52,001 nucleotides of DNA from contig NIVC01004278.1 of assembly GCA_002269645.1 (NCBI GenBank), positions 1 to 52,001 of the forward strand, written 5' to 3'. Numbering within the stretch: position 1 is the stretch's first letter; each line of letters opens with the position of its first letter. A program made the position numbers and the translations under genes. Below the pieces are notes generated by a model. That model was given only the letters and a program-made list of their open reading frames with translations, searched no databases and was not told the origin of the DNA. This document shows, piece after piece, positions 40,087 to 52,001 of this stretch. This DNA comes from Macrostomum lignano. Its lineage: Eukaryota.

Positions 40087-41781
40087 AAGATTTAAGTTCG
40101 AAGTTCGAAGATCCCCACTATTTTTATTCTGACCAATGATTATATTACACGGGGCGTGTAGTCAAGGTGAATTGAGGTAGATGCATGGTATTAATAGCTG
40201 GCTTACACCTTACCTCAAAACACAAGTTTACAGTTTTAGTAAGTTACTTGTAAATGCAACAAAGTCAATACCTGTATATTGAACGAGGCGCAATAATTGA
40301 CTTGGCTTATTTCCAAGTAGAAGAGCTCTTGTTTTATACATCCGCATATCCGTATATCCATAAGCCAGGCTTAATTATAAATTTGATGCATTTTAGTTCA
40401 ACTTTTGCTTTGCAATCTGATATCTGATTAGCTTGTGAGCTTTTCTACACTATAAAATGTGCATACTGTGCGAACCATTCAAAGTATTGTAGAAATTTAG
40501 TACGAGCTAGAAGCTTATCTACGAGCGTAACTTCACGTTTCAGATGTTTTCATTTGAGGTCTCCGAGGTATATACATTTGAGGCGCCGGTGGTGACTTCT
40601 CTCAGATCAATACTGGCGCGGGTTACGGGATCCGAGTTGAAGGAGAGCTACTGCTGCCACAGCCTATCCTAGACGTCCTGCTTCTCACACCGATTTCGGT
40701 AGGGCCAGGTGCGAACCCGTCGTCGATATATATAACCTCAGAGCGCCTGTTATTGCGATTCCAGGCACTCCAGACAACGCTGGCGGGTGGACTTTGGATC
40801 GACTCAGATATCTGACGCGATTGACGCTGTGTGAGTTCGTAAGCCTTCTAAACTTTACTATGTCCGTATATGCATGCAGAATGATAATTAAAAATCAACG
40901 GCTAATCCTGTCGATATCTATTCTACATATCTGCAACTGGCGAAGGCATTATTGAGTTTGTATTAGAAAAAAACTGCGGCAGTCAGTCACATTAAACAAC
41001 ACATGCGAGGTTATTATTCGGACGAACAGCTCACCAATTCAAACACTATTAAGGCATGGATTGCGACAAATTTAGTCGAACGCACCACAACTCGTGTTAT
41101 AATTGTTGCAAAGATGTTCAACAGCCGATGACAGCAGTGGCCGAATATTCGATTCGTTGTCCATGCGATGGAGTCTATAGGCATCTCCTGGCAGCTGCGA
41201 TGTAAAACAACAGTATCGCCTAATGTAAAACACCAAGGGTTACATTGTACGTCGGCGCGGCCGTCGCACGGGTTAGTCAGCATAATTTCTATCCAGCGAA
41301 AAAAATTAGCCATACATGTAGAAGTATAAGTGAAATCAATATATTGTAGACCGATATTACATGTATTAATTATAGAGTTCAACAATATAACAAAGTCTTC
41401 TATTCGTCGGTTTGTGTTTCATTAGCTACATCAACGAGCTATTGAAGTAGAACGCTGTTGCTTCCCGGTTTAGGCACTTAAGATTGCCTTAAGTCTCGAG
41501 CCTCTTCAGTGGGAAGTTCTCTTAGCTCTCAGTAGCGTAGGTAGTGCTGCCACCAGTTCCTTCAGGTCTCGGCCTTCGGTGAGGTGAGCTTCCCGTCGGA
41601 ACGAAATAAAGAAGTCAACGAACACAGCACGACGTCCAGATTTGCAGCTCAACGTAAAAGGCGTCTCGTCAGCAGCACCTGCCGGGCTTGGTTGGTGGAT
41701 GGGAGGGCTGAGTTAGCCTCTCGTAGGCTTGGGGTTTGCTTTAGTAGGGTCTCAGACAGACCAATAGAAAAGAACTTATAA

Positions 41782-42330
41782 TGCACACAGACGGGCTGAC
41801 ACTCAGACTCGGGAGCTCAAAAACTTAGAACTCGAGAAACCATAGACTCCTTGACAGAAACAAGGGGAGAGGGGTCCTATTTATAGCCAGGATTCACCCA
41901 TGCAAAAGACCTCGCGACTCGTTCTATTTTTGGACTGACGTCACTTGAGGTCTCCGGCCAGAGTACACGCGGCTGTGACTCAGTTGCTATTTTTAGCAAC
42001 ATGAGTCACTCCTCTCCTTAGAGAAGGGAGGGGTCCGAAAGCACGTGATTCTCCCGGTAAACGGGACCAGCAGGTGCAGTAAACATGTTTACTGAACTTT
42101 AGGACTCGAAGAACGCAGATCGCGGGAAGCGGCCGCTTCACTTCCCGGGAAGTGACTTCCCGGGAAGCGGAAAGGGAAAGGGAAGCGGAAGCGGAAAGGG
42201 AAGCGGAAAGGGAAAGGGAAGCGGAAGCGGAAAGAGAAGCGGAAAGGGGCGGGAAGCTGACCAGCGGCAGACAGCAACCCAATGTGGGGCGAGAGCAAGG
42301 GCGACTGCTGACAAAGGGCGACGCCTAACA
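41782..42330 (-). mobile_element. LTR-like segment (solo LTR or truncated 5' LTR); left boundary uncertain
   Basis: The minus strand begins TGTTAGG and has a dense TF-site cluster and TATAAATA at 41885-41878. There is either a possible ATAA TSD at 41778/42331, or a PBS-like TGGTGGCAGC at 41555-41546 if the LTR is longer. Confidence 0.45.
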
Positions 42331-42693
42331 ATAAACTAGCGACTCACTACACTATGTTGTCTTGATCTGAATCAAATTTAAGGCACAACTTATTGTTCTT
42401 TCGACAAATAAATTTGTTTTAATGATTGCACCATTCTTACGTATGTACGTGTAGTCTCGAAAATCCCAATTTATACGAGGTAGATATATTAGAGCCAATC
42501 TAATCTTCAGGGCATCTTGCAAAATAATTTGCGCAATTTTGACGAAGTTTTATCGCGAATCTTGACAATGTATCTGAGATAAAAGTATTAGGTCATTTAA
42601 ATTATCATAAAACATTTTTCATGACTCATGGGTACACATCATGACATACTGAAAATTGAATTTAAGTAAACTCTTATTTTTTATCAGAGGGCA

Positions 42694-43484
42694 TCAGAAG
42701 ACAGTGTTTTGATCAGAGCCGATTTCAAGCTGCACCTCTGCATTGCCGGCATGACCAGTGACAGTCGAATCGCCTTCAGAGTTGGCAGCATTTCTAGCAG
42801 TCAGTTGTCGGCCCAGGATCAGGCATGCAAAGAGTTCGATGAGTTCCAGCAGAGTCAGGACACTGCCGCCCATGAACAGCCCCATCAGACCCCCAACACC
42901 CGCCGTTAAATCTTCGAAATTGTAAGAAATATCTTGTTTGAGTAGCGTCGAGCTCAGCTCTCCAGCGTGGATATGAAGGCGGACGATGTTCTCAGACGCT
43001 GCGTCCACCAGCTCCTTTTCGGATTCGGTGGTGCTGCTTGGACCGTACGCGGAGCTGAACAGATTGACCATCCACTCTCTACCTGGAACAAAGTACGTCT
43101 TCTGCCTGTCTTCCGTCAGTTGTTTAAATATGTTTGTCAGCTCTGTCCGGAGTCCCTGGCGCAGTGGGAACAACACGAATGTCACTGACGGCTCATAAAT
43201 TCGCTCTTCGCAAGGCCTGCTAAACTGACAGTTGGACTCCATCTTACTTACTGAGTCGACCATTTCTCGAACAACAGAGCCATTGTAAAGCTTCTGGATG
43301 AAGTGAATCGCTTGCAGAACACTTTTCAACGGAATAGATGACGAGTAATAAGCATCGAGAAGGCTGGTCAGGTTGTTACAGCAAGTTACATTCCTGTCGC
43401 TGTACATTATCGGACTGTAGCCAGCAATGTAACAGTTCAAGCCCAGTTCGTGAAACATTCTGCTCAACGATTTCGCGTAGCAAG
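42694..43484 (-). CDS. DEG/ENaC (ASIC/FaNaC-like) channel, exon 2 with TM2
   Basis: ttttag|CT acceptor, phase 1. Cys-rich stretch, then ISYNFEDLTAGVGGLMGLFMGGSVLTLLELIE, the typical TM2 motif. Confidence 0.92.
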
Positions 43485-43570
43485 CTAAAATGTAAATTAA
43501 CGGTTAACAATAAACTTCCGTTTGGTATTTGATAAAAAAGTAAAAAAACAACCTAACAGAATGAACTTAC

Positions 43571-44561
43571 TCCCAAGACTGTAGTTATATTTGTTCCCTT
43601 TTCCCGTCTCAGCGTCGTAAATACTTTCTAGCGGTTTGTCACTGACGCACTGCTTCTTGTCCTTGGCTAGGGAGTTGACCCTCATGCTGAGACTGATCTG
43701 ATGATGGAAACCCGGACTGACCGCGACGGAGGTGCTGTACTCATCCGGATAGCGACCTCGCTCGGTAAAATAAATCCTGAACCCGGACCCAATCAGCAGT
43801 TCATAGTTGATGAAGCCGAGTCCTCTGACATCGATCGTATCGTTCCCTAGCTTGAGGGTTTTATTATAAGTCGCGTCGGCGAACAAGGTTATGTCTAGGT
43901 GTCCGGCCACGTAACTAAGCAGTCTCTGGGCAGTGCTTGTCTTTGGGCGTATCGTGAAACAGTTAAGAAATTTGTAGTGACTCAGTTTGATAATGTCAAC
44001 GTCAAGGACTAGATTATGCGTCACTGGCATGACAGTTGCGCCAATAATCGTCTGCTCCATCCGCATGCCCATGTTCCGACTGAGAAAGCTGTATGGAACG
44101 CTGCCAACAAAGATTTGAGCGGCTAGTCGAACCAACTCCTCTCCAGTGATGTTTGCCAGGTGTAGTACGTTCATAATGCGATTAATCTTCCAGTTGGTGT
44201 AATTTAGCTCAGCTTCTGACATCGTGGCGGAGTAGCTTGCGGATATCATCGGATAGGAGCAAATATGAATATCGGGGAATGCGAACTTTTCCAAATTTGG
44301 TGACACAGCCGTGCTCACCGGTTGACTAGCCAGGCGATTCACAGCGTCGACTAGAAGTTTCAATAGTACCGACACCACAACTAGGAATGCCAATAGCCAG
44401 AGCATTCGCACGACCCAGTGCCTGTCTCCTACCGTTCGAGACAGACCGTGAGCAGTGGACTCAGTGGCTGCCTGGCTTAGTACCGATCGCCTAGCCGACC
44501 TCCAAGATTTGTCGCAGCAACTTCTTGGCCGTCTGGATGAATTCAACGCGTCCGCAGTCAT
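43571..44561 (-). CDS. DEG/ENaC channel, exon 1 (joined protein 593 aa)
   Basis: ATG at 44561, STAHGL gating motif, TM1 MLWLLAFLVVVSVLL, FPDIHIC, NCFTI and VSPGF. Donor A|gtaagt and an 86-bp intron. Confidence 0.92.
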
Positions 44562-44644
44562 GGCTTTAGTGCAAGATAGTGATATCTGTGCGAGTCAGTT
44601 CGGACGATATAGTTAGTCAGTTAATCGGGCCAGGGATTAAACAG

Positions 44645-44652
44645 CTTATATA
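44645..44652 (-). promoter_or_regulatory. Candidate TATA box of the DEG/ENaC gene
   Basis: TATATAAG on the minus strand about 85 nt upstream of the ATG. Motif only. Confidence 0.4.
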
Positions 44653-45414
44653 GGGAGCAGAAATCTCTCTGGTATACTTCTCTCTTGCTTCTATTTTTTA
44701 CCCCAAACATTTCTCTCTCCCCTAGCTGTTATATGCTGTTTTATTAGTTGCTATGGTAACTATCGGTGGAGAGAAACAGGCCGAAGCAAGTGCAGTGGTG
44801 GCAGCGACCACTTCATCCCTGCTTAAGCAGTTTCATGACTGGGGCTTTCATGTTATATTTACCTAGTAGAATTTGTGGCACAGTGAGGCAGTCTATAATT
44901 CCAGCAATGAAAATATAGCCAATTATTTTGGCAATCGCGTGCTTGCAGGAAGAGTGAGGAAGAGAGGCCATCTATACCCTTTGTATTTCTATCCGTATTA
45001 ACCTATCCCGTTATTCCGCCGGGTCGCATGCAAAGTAAACACGGAAGCATAGATTTATTGATTTAATTGTTCATTCCGTATGAGCCCTAATTCAATATTT
45101 GCTAAGTACGAGTGTTTTGCATTTCTATGCGACCAAAATTCCAACTGAGTCCGAATCAGTGTTTGAGTTGATGAATTTATCACATAAATTGTGACTTTTT
45201 GTAGATAAATTCTTCGAATCACTACAAGCAATTTGTGAAGAGAAGCAGACTTCAAGAAGAAGCTGCACGGTGAGCACCGGCCATGGGCAGAACGACTCTG
45301 CGCGGAAGATTCTACGAGTACCTGCCAGCTTAAGTCAACGACGGAGCAGCAAAGCGCCAAGCTAAGGCAGCTAAATAAGAACTGATAGCATCCAGCCTAA
45401 CAAGACAACGCAAC

Positions 45415-45514
45415 TAGCCTAGTAGTAGGAGCGGCGTATTCTCGACCCAACTCGGAACAGTTAGTGTCCTTGAGCAAGGCACTAAACTCTGCATTGCTTC
45501 AGCTCACCCAGCTA
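45415..45514 (+). mobile_element. Degenerate 5' fragment of SINE family 1
   Basis: TAGCCTAGTAGT head remnant plus GTGTCCTTGAGCAAGGCAC..CAGCT core, cut off at the start of the opposite-strand copy. Confidence 0.65.
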
Positions 45515-45516
45515 CC

Positions 45517-45778
45517 GACAGCTCAGCCGCAGCTATTGCGCGGCGCATCTGAAGGCTGCGTACGGCTGTTCAGTCCAAGGACTGCTGGGGGTCGCCACAC
45601 ACACCCTCAGTTACCCCAGCTAATGCTGGGCATACAATATAACAGCTGAGTGAACTGAAGCAATGCAGTGTTAAGTGTCTTGCTCAAGGACACAAATTTT
45701 TCATAGTGGATCGGAAATCGAACCCCCCTCGACCTTTCAGTCGTGAGTCCGACGCTCTGACCACTAGGCTGCAACCCC
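45517..45778 (-). mobile_element. tRNA-derived SINE, family 1
   Basis: Reverse complement reads GGGGTTGCAGCCTAGTGGTCAGAGCG..GGTTCGATTTCC, followed by the core and 3' domain. Confidence 0.85.
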
Positions 45779-46249
45779 ACAACAACCCCAGCCTTTTATA
45801 TTGTACAATTGCCCTTTAAGTGCTACTAGTAAGTAGTGTTACCAAAACATTAATAATTAAAATCTGTATGCAGTGGAAAAGGGCAACGCTTCTTCTGGAA
45901 GTAGCACAGAAGATTCATAATTCTTGGCTTGCCGATCATTGGCCTATATATACCGCCAATCGAATCGGTGGTGCTGCCCACAGTTTGAGGAAATAAATGA
46001 GGCATTCCCGCTATAAAAAAGCACTTCCAGTTTTCTCTACTTTTCTCTAATCTACTCGTACCAATCCGCACAAAAAAAATTATTGAACGATTCAGAAAAG
46101 AAAAATTCGCTACTTCAACTGCCTCTGAAAAATTCTCTTCCAACTGAAATGAATTTCAGGTAAAATCTACATTTGACTTTCATATCGTTAATAAAATGCT
46201 TTTTTTCAGTTTTCATTGCTTATTCTTAAAATAAGTTGGGCTCAGAAAT

Positions 46250-46615
46250 ACTGAGCCAGCGGCCCAGGCTCGATTCCCAGTGCAGTCGCATTAATGAAAG
46301 GGAATTCTGTGTGCACCCTGGCGCACTTTAAGCGACATTGTCACGCAACCGGCGAGAGGCATTACTGCCCATTCCGCCGACTGCCCTGAGCAGGCACACA
46401 GTCTCAAGGATACGTACGCAGTCATACGCACAGGCACACACTCACACAGGAGTGTACAGCGAGGCACGTACACTTCACTGTGCCTTGGGGGTTGGCCCTC
46501 AAGGCCTTTAATTGCACGAGCAGAGCCAAGCTGAGATGATATTTTAGCCCCAAATTAACAGTGACTGCACTTGGAATCGAGCGCCGTCATGGACCACTAG
46601 GCTATGGCTCTCCTT
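46250..46615. mobile_element. Possible inverted pair of fragments from a second SINE family
   Basis: CTCGATTCCCAGTGCAGTCGC (plus, about 46269) versus CTCGATTCCAAGTGCAGTCAC (minus, about 46580). The minus copy starts with an A-box-like TAGCCTAGTGG. Confidence 0.4.
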
Positions 46616-47282
46616 GTACAGTTTCTTATTCAATAACAAACTTGCTAATTTAAAATATTTTGCTATATTTAATTATAGTAAGCTTCTATTTTAACAAAAA
46701 ATTAGCATTGAACATTGCGCAAATAGAGTTATAAAGAGAAGGCACTCTTCTGCGCAAGGGATTTTTTGCCATTGTGCTGCGATTTTGCGTCGTAAATTTT
46801 CCCGTAACCTTCAATAAAAAGCTCTCTTCTCAGCATTCTTTAGCTTTTCCGCTAAGAGAAATTGAGAATCATGAATATGTATTTACTATACACACAGGTA
46901 TAGCTAATGCAGGTTGAACTCTAATCCGACTGACGGAATGAGGCTGTCCATAATAGCGTCTACTACCTGGAGCTAACAAATTATTAGCTTACTAGCATCA
47001 GTAAATCATGCATTATTGATATGCTGCGTGCTTTAGGCCCACTTAAAATCAAGTCTCATTAGCCAAATTCTCTTCAGAGCGGGCATCTATAAGAGGCTTC
47101 TTCTCGAATTCTAGTCAACAATCGCTAACTCACTTAAGCAGTGGGAGCTTATCCAAGTTCGACCGAACTTGCGGTCAACCTTTCGGTCACTGGGTATATA
47201 CTACCTGAGAACGTTGAACTAATTCACTTGAGCTTCAATAGTGAATTGGGAAGGTTAGATAGTCGCCTTGAATATTCTCAAC

Positions 47283-47617
<335 letters not shown>

Positions 47618-48510
47618 GTTTTTTATATCCCATATATTCTCTCCAACTCTCTCACACCTTCGAGTATATCTCATTTTCCTGCCCTGTTAACTGACACAAG
47701 GCGGTGATTTGCGGCGCAATTTCCTGTCAGCGGAAGGTGCCATCTCTGAGGAGGCAGAATAAAGCTTGAATGACATAAATACATGTGGAAACAACGCAGT
47801 TGCAGATGCCAAGCAAATCTTTTTTGTGAAAGAGAATCGCAATTAGCGTCTTTTGAGGGCGTTGTTTCAAGAACTACATCACTTTTATACTATTATAGCA
47901 TCGCAGGATTGCACTTTCTTTGCTTGTTTTTCTTCGCGTTTTCAAGAGGCCAGTTGCTTGTTACATGCCACCAAGCATCATGCATGTTGTTAGATGGCTC
48001 ACTAGCAGCTTGTTAGTGCAGCTAAGAAGCTCGTCTATCTTTTGTAAATCACGCTCCAGTTACCAGCGTAGCTTATTTAGAAAGATTTTTTATTATGCTT
48101 TCCTTTTAGGACTTGAAATTTTGTAATTCTGTATGCATCTCCACTGCTGTCTCAGGAATAGCATAAGTAAGATTTTTGTCTGAAGGAAGCGAGGTTGAAA
48201 CAGTTGGCATTCCATCTGTTGTTGCGTCTGTGGCCAAAAAAGCCATTGGTTTTGAGTGCACCTGTCTATGGTAAATCGTAACTTAAGACCATAGCATAGA
48301 TTAGGAGATACATACCATATTTCCCATTTATTGTGTTGTCTAGGGTCAAAGGCTCGAGGTGTCTCGTTTATTGACCGAGGCGAATATATACCATGTATCT
48401 CCCGTTTGCCCGTGAATCTCATAAAGCTCCAGGGCAGATATGTGCTTTAATTAGGCGCTAATACTTTGCTTAAACTAATTCCTGTAACAACCGGATTCTA
48501 AACATTTCAG

Positions 48511-49699
48511 CTGCATCAAAAATGCTACAGTTGAATGGATTAACTGTCCAGGCTGCGGAAGCCTTACCGAGATTGAGTCGTCTGGCTGGAGAATAGCTCT
48601 AGTCTTCACCATTTCAGTGCTAGCCCTGCCTAGTAACCTTCTCGTCATGCTAGTGTTCTACAATACGCCGGCCCTTCGCACTAACCAGGGCATCTACATG
48701 CTGAGCCTGGCAATCAGCGACTTCGGCTCGGGCGTGTGCTTCTTACTGTTCGCATTTCGCTACGCAGTCAGCGGATTTGGACCGGGCAGCCGGATCGAGC
48801 TGGACTTTGGCTCGTGGATCTACTACCTGATGCTGACGGCCACCCTAGTGATTACCATCGGAATCGGTTTGGACAAGCTGCACCAGATTAAGCTGCCCTA
48901 CAGTTACGATAGAATGATGTCGAAGCGCAAAGTTACAGTCATCGTGTCGGCGGTTTGGACCGTGCTGGCTTTTCTCAGCTTCTTACCGACGCGTCTCGTA
49001 CCCATCAGCGGTTATTACTACGAGTTCACCGCCAACACTCTGATGTTTAACACGAAATCTTGTCGAGGCCGTAACGAAGTCGACCTAAGCCTGTTCGGGG
49101 TTCGAATCGGTCTAATACTGTTCATGGTGCTCATGCTGGTGATTGGCTATGGGACAATTTTTGTCATCTCGCGACGCCATGTCAACAATATCCGACGAAT
49201 GCGTTTGGGCACGCAGCAGCCGGTAGCGTTGCCAGATCAAAACCCGGAACAGGGACAGAATCTTCTGAACGGTGGTCAGACTGCTCAAAACAAATGGTCG
49301 AACATGCGATCGAGTCTTCGAGGCTGGATAACCAATGCTTGCGTTATTCTCGGCTTCCTAGTCTGTTGGTTGCCGTTTTTTGCCTACAAAATCTCCATCG
49401 CACTGCGAAAGTCGAGCATCAGCGAAGGCGTGGAGTTTTGCCTGGCCTGGCTGGCCATGGGCCACACCAGCATCAACGCGGCTATTTACGGCGGCACCTA
49501 CAAGCCGTTCAAAAAGGGTTTGAAACGATTTTTCCGACGTCGCAATCGAGCTGGCCGCGAGGACATGTTCCTGTCGCGGTCGCAGGCGAGGACGACTGGC
49601 GGAGCTGGCGACCGGGTGGCTGGATCGGTTGCAGCTCCGATGGGGGGCTCGGCAGACCAGAATACGGACAGGAGGCCTCGGGAGAGCTTGGAAAAGTAA
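48511..49699 (+). CDS. Orphan rhodopsin-like (class A) GPCR, main coding exon; start codon not located
   Basis: Seven hydrophobic segments with SN (TM1), LAISD (TM2), DKL (TM3), CWLP (TM6) and NAAIY (TM7). The frame is open upstream of the annotated GTG to 48488 and includes an NAT glycosylation site. Acceptor catttcag|C at 48510. Confidence 0.88.
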
Positions 49700-51237
49700 A
49701 TTCGAATGTAGAATGTAGTGTAGCATGTGTTTGATACGTACTATTTGGAAGACAATTTTCTCAAGATTTGACACCAATAGTTTTTCTATTTTGATCCGTT
49801 CTCACTCTGTCATGATAGAAAGATTGTTATTTTTTCCAAACAACGTCTGTTTTGTACGCATTCATGTGCATTGCTCAGGGGCTATCGGAATGAACGTGAC
49901 TGCTTGATCCTCGCGGGATGCGCATGTCCATTGTCGCCTGCGTGCATGGTGTGCGTGACCAAGATGTATACTTTATCTTTTCCATTACATTTGGTACCGT
50001 TACAGTAACTGGCTTTCGAGAATATTTGTGTCCTACTTCTGAGAGAGTCTGGACCCATACTATTAACAACCTGTCGTTTTAAAATTTGTTTATCCGAACA
50101 AATTTGTTCGTTCGAAAAAGCACATTTAAGAAGACGCTTGGATGTTAAAAACTAACAAACTGCTTGAATTCTGTGACAGAATTTTTTAGTTACTTTTTGA
50201 TTGTCTCTCGACTATTCTATATTTGTTGTACTGATAAATATTATTTGTTAAAAATATTGATGAACTTTTCTTACAATGTTTGTCCATATTGTTGTAAATT
50301 GTTCAAACTAGACTTTTTTGAGAAGCTCTTAAGTTTCAACATACTTTAGTGTTTAGTTTGGTTTATTTGAGTTTAATATGCATGTACAATGTGATCACAG
50401 TAGATACTTGCATATATCTCTCGTTAAAAATGTTATATTTAAACATTGTTTCTTATTTCTAAGAAAATACAATAATTGCGTGTTCCTATCCGTCTGTTCA
50501 GTATCCGTTCCTGCGTACTAACCTGTGGTATCCTCTGATTTGTGAAGCAAAAATAAACAAAAATGCGCAGTTAAACAACCTTTCGTTAACTTTTAAATTA
50601 CGCGCATACAGGTTGCTTAAAAAAGCTTAAATTTAATGCCAACCCAGAGGTTCCAAAATGTTTTGGAAGATTCCAAGTGAGTTTAACCTTTTGGTGTTCC
50701 AAATAGTTTTACGCACATCAGAGTGGAAGAATAGACCTACCTTAAAGATGAGTCATGAAGACACGAAGTTGATAATTATGATTTTTCTATACATGTCGCT
50801 AACTAACAAATCATTCTAAAGATCATAAACTACAGTCATCAGTTTACTACAGCCAAAATCGTTCAGACTACTACTCTTAGTTTATCGCATTCACACACAC
50901 GCGCACACAGGGCAAAAAGGCCACTGGTAAATTTCTGTAAAATACTATTCGCTATAGGTGAGCTTTCTACATCATACTTTGTGTGCTTGAAATTCTGTCA
51001 GCAAGTTGACAACTTTGCGTTCTTGGCACGTTCTAACGTGGCAAAAAATCACCGGGGTGAACTGAAGGGTTAGAAAAATGATTCCGAAGTTTCTGATCAA
51101 CTTACAAAGCTGCTGTCACGATGTTAAGAATTAATGAGCGCACAGTGAAGAAGAGTGCTTGAGCAGGCTTGTGTTTCTTTGCTATACCGATATGGCCGGC
51201 CCGTATTCAGTTAATGACACGGACAGAGAGGTGGATA

Positions 51238-51712
51238 AATCTAGTATAGATGGACACCGGCAGATAGATCTAGTATAGATGGACACCGGCAGATAGATCT
51301 AGTATAGATGGACACCGGCAGATAGATCTAGTATAGATGGACCTATATATGCAGATAGATCTAGTATAGATAGACCCAGAAGCAGATAGATCTAATATAG
51401 ATGGACCCAGAAGCAGCCAGATCTAGTGTAGATGGACCCAGAATCAGGCAGATCTAGTATAGATGGACTCAGAAGTAGATAGATCTAGTGTAGATGGACC
51501 CAGAAGCAGATAGATCTATCTAGATGGACACAGAAGCAGATAAATCTAGTATAGATGGACCCAGAAGCAGATAGATCTAGTGTAGATGGACCCAGAAGCA
51601 GCCAGATCTAGTGTAGATGGACCCAGAAGCAGATAGATCTAGTGTAGATGGACCTAGAAGCAGATAGATCTAGTGTAGATGGACGCAGAAGCAGATAGAT
51701 ATAGATCTAGTT
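51238..51712. repeat. 29-31-bp minisatellite (GATAGATCTAGTATAGATGGACCCAGAAGCA)
   Basis: The first units are a 29-bp variant (GGACACCGGCA). Internal ATCTA..TAGAT inverted repeat. Confidence 0.95.
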
Positions 51713-52001
51713 ACCAAGCCACATCACCAATGCAACGACCCCTGTCCTATGGCCGGAAAAAGTCCAGAGTCTAATTTAGTGTCCAATACCTTCCATTCAG
51801 AATCCTGAATCGGAATCATTAAAAGCAGCTCTGAAGACCTGCTCAAGGGCCGGACGATCCATTTAACCGGACATTAAGAGTCCTCAGTGCCAGGCAGTGC
51901 TACTTAACTAGCTAAGTGGTTTGGACTGATTCTGTGCTGTATAACTGTGTGGGCCCTGTCAGGTCCAGCCAATCTACCAAAGCTCATGAGCAGAAGCCTG
52001 T

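Noticed and set aside
40560-40860. GC-rich island with about 70 open codons on each strand and acceptor-like AGs
   Set aside because: No recognisable protein motif and no partner exons, so it could not be assigned.
45055-46473. Small ORFs between the channel and GPCR genes, and at 47783-48422 and 49725-50349
   Set aside because: Short, mostly with non-ATG starts, no domain signatures, and non-coding-like composition.

Overview
This is eukaryotic, most likely invertebrate animal, genomic DNA. It has GT-AG introns, CpG-rich exons, AT-rich intergenic DNA and TTAGGG-like repeats. The style recalls the flatworm Macrostomum, but that is only an impression. Three host genes are present: (1) a six-exon condensin I kleisin (NCAPH/Barren) on the minus strand at 2193-14585, whose introns are filled with different minisatellites, a LINE fragment and SINEs; (2) a two-exon DEG/ENaC channel on the minus strand at 42694-44561; (3) an orphan class A GPCR on the plus strand at about 48511-49699. 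Between 14.8 and 42.3 kb lies a dense transposon pile. It starts with two head-to-tail non-autonomous Helitrons carrying minisatellites. Next come four copies of a ~640-bp hAT-like element, hosting nested TIR elements with 8-bp TSDs. The youngest copy contains a 10.2-kb Ty3/Gypsy LTR retrotransposon with open gag and pol. That retrotransposon is the best candidate for something undescribed: it has an extra non-env ORF3 behind its own TATA box, a ~235-aa low-complexity insert between RNase H and integrase, no polypurine tract, and a U3 deletion in the 3' LTR only. All splice junctions, TSDs and counts were read by eye; no database searches were run.
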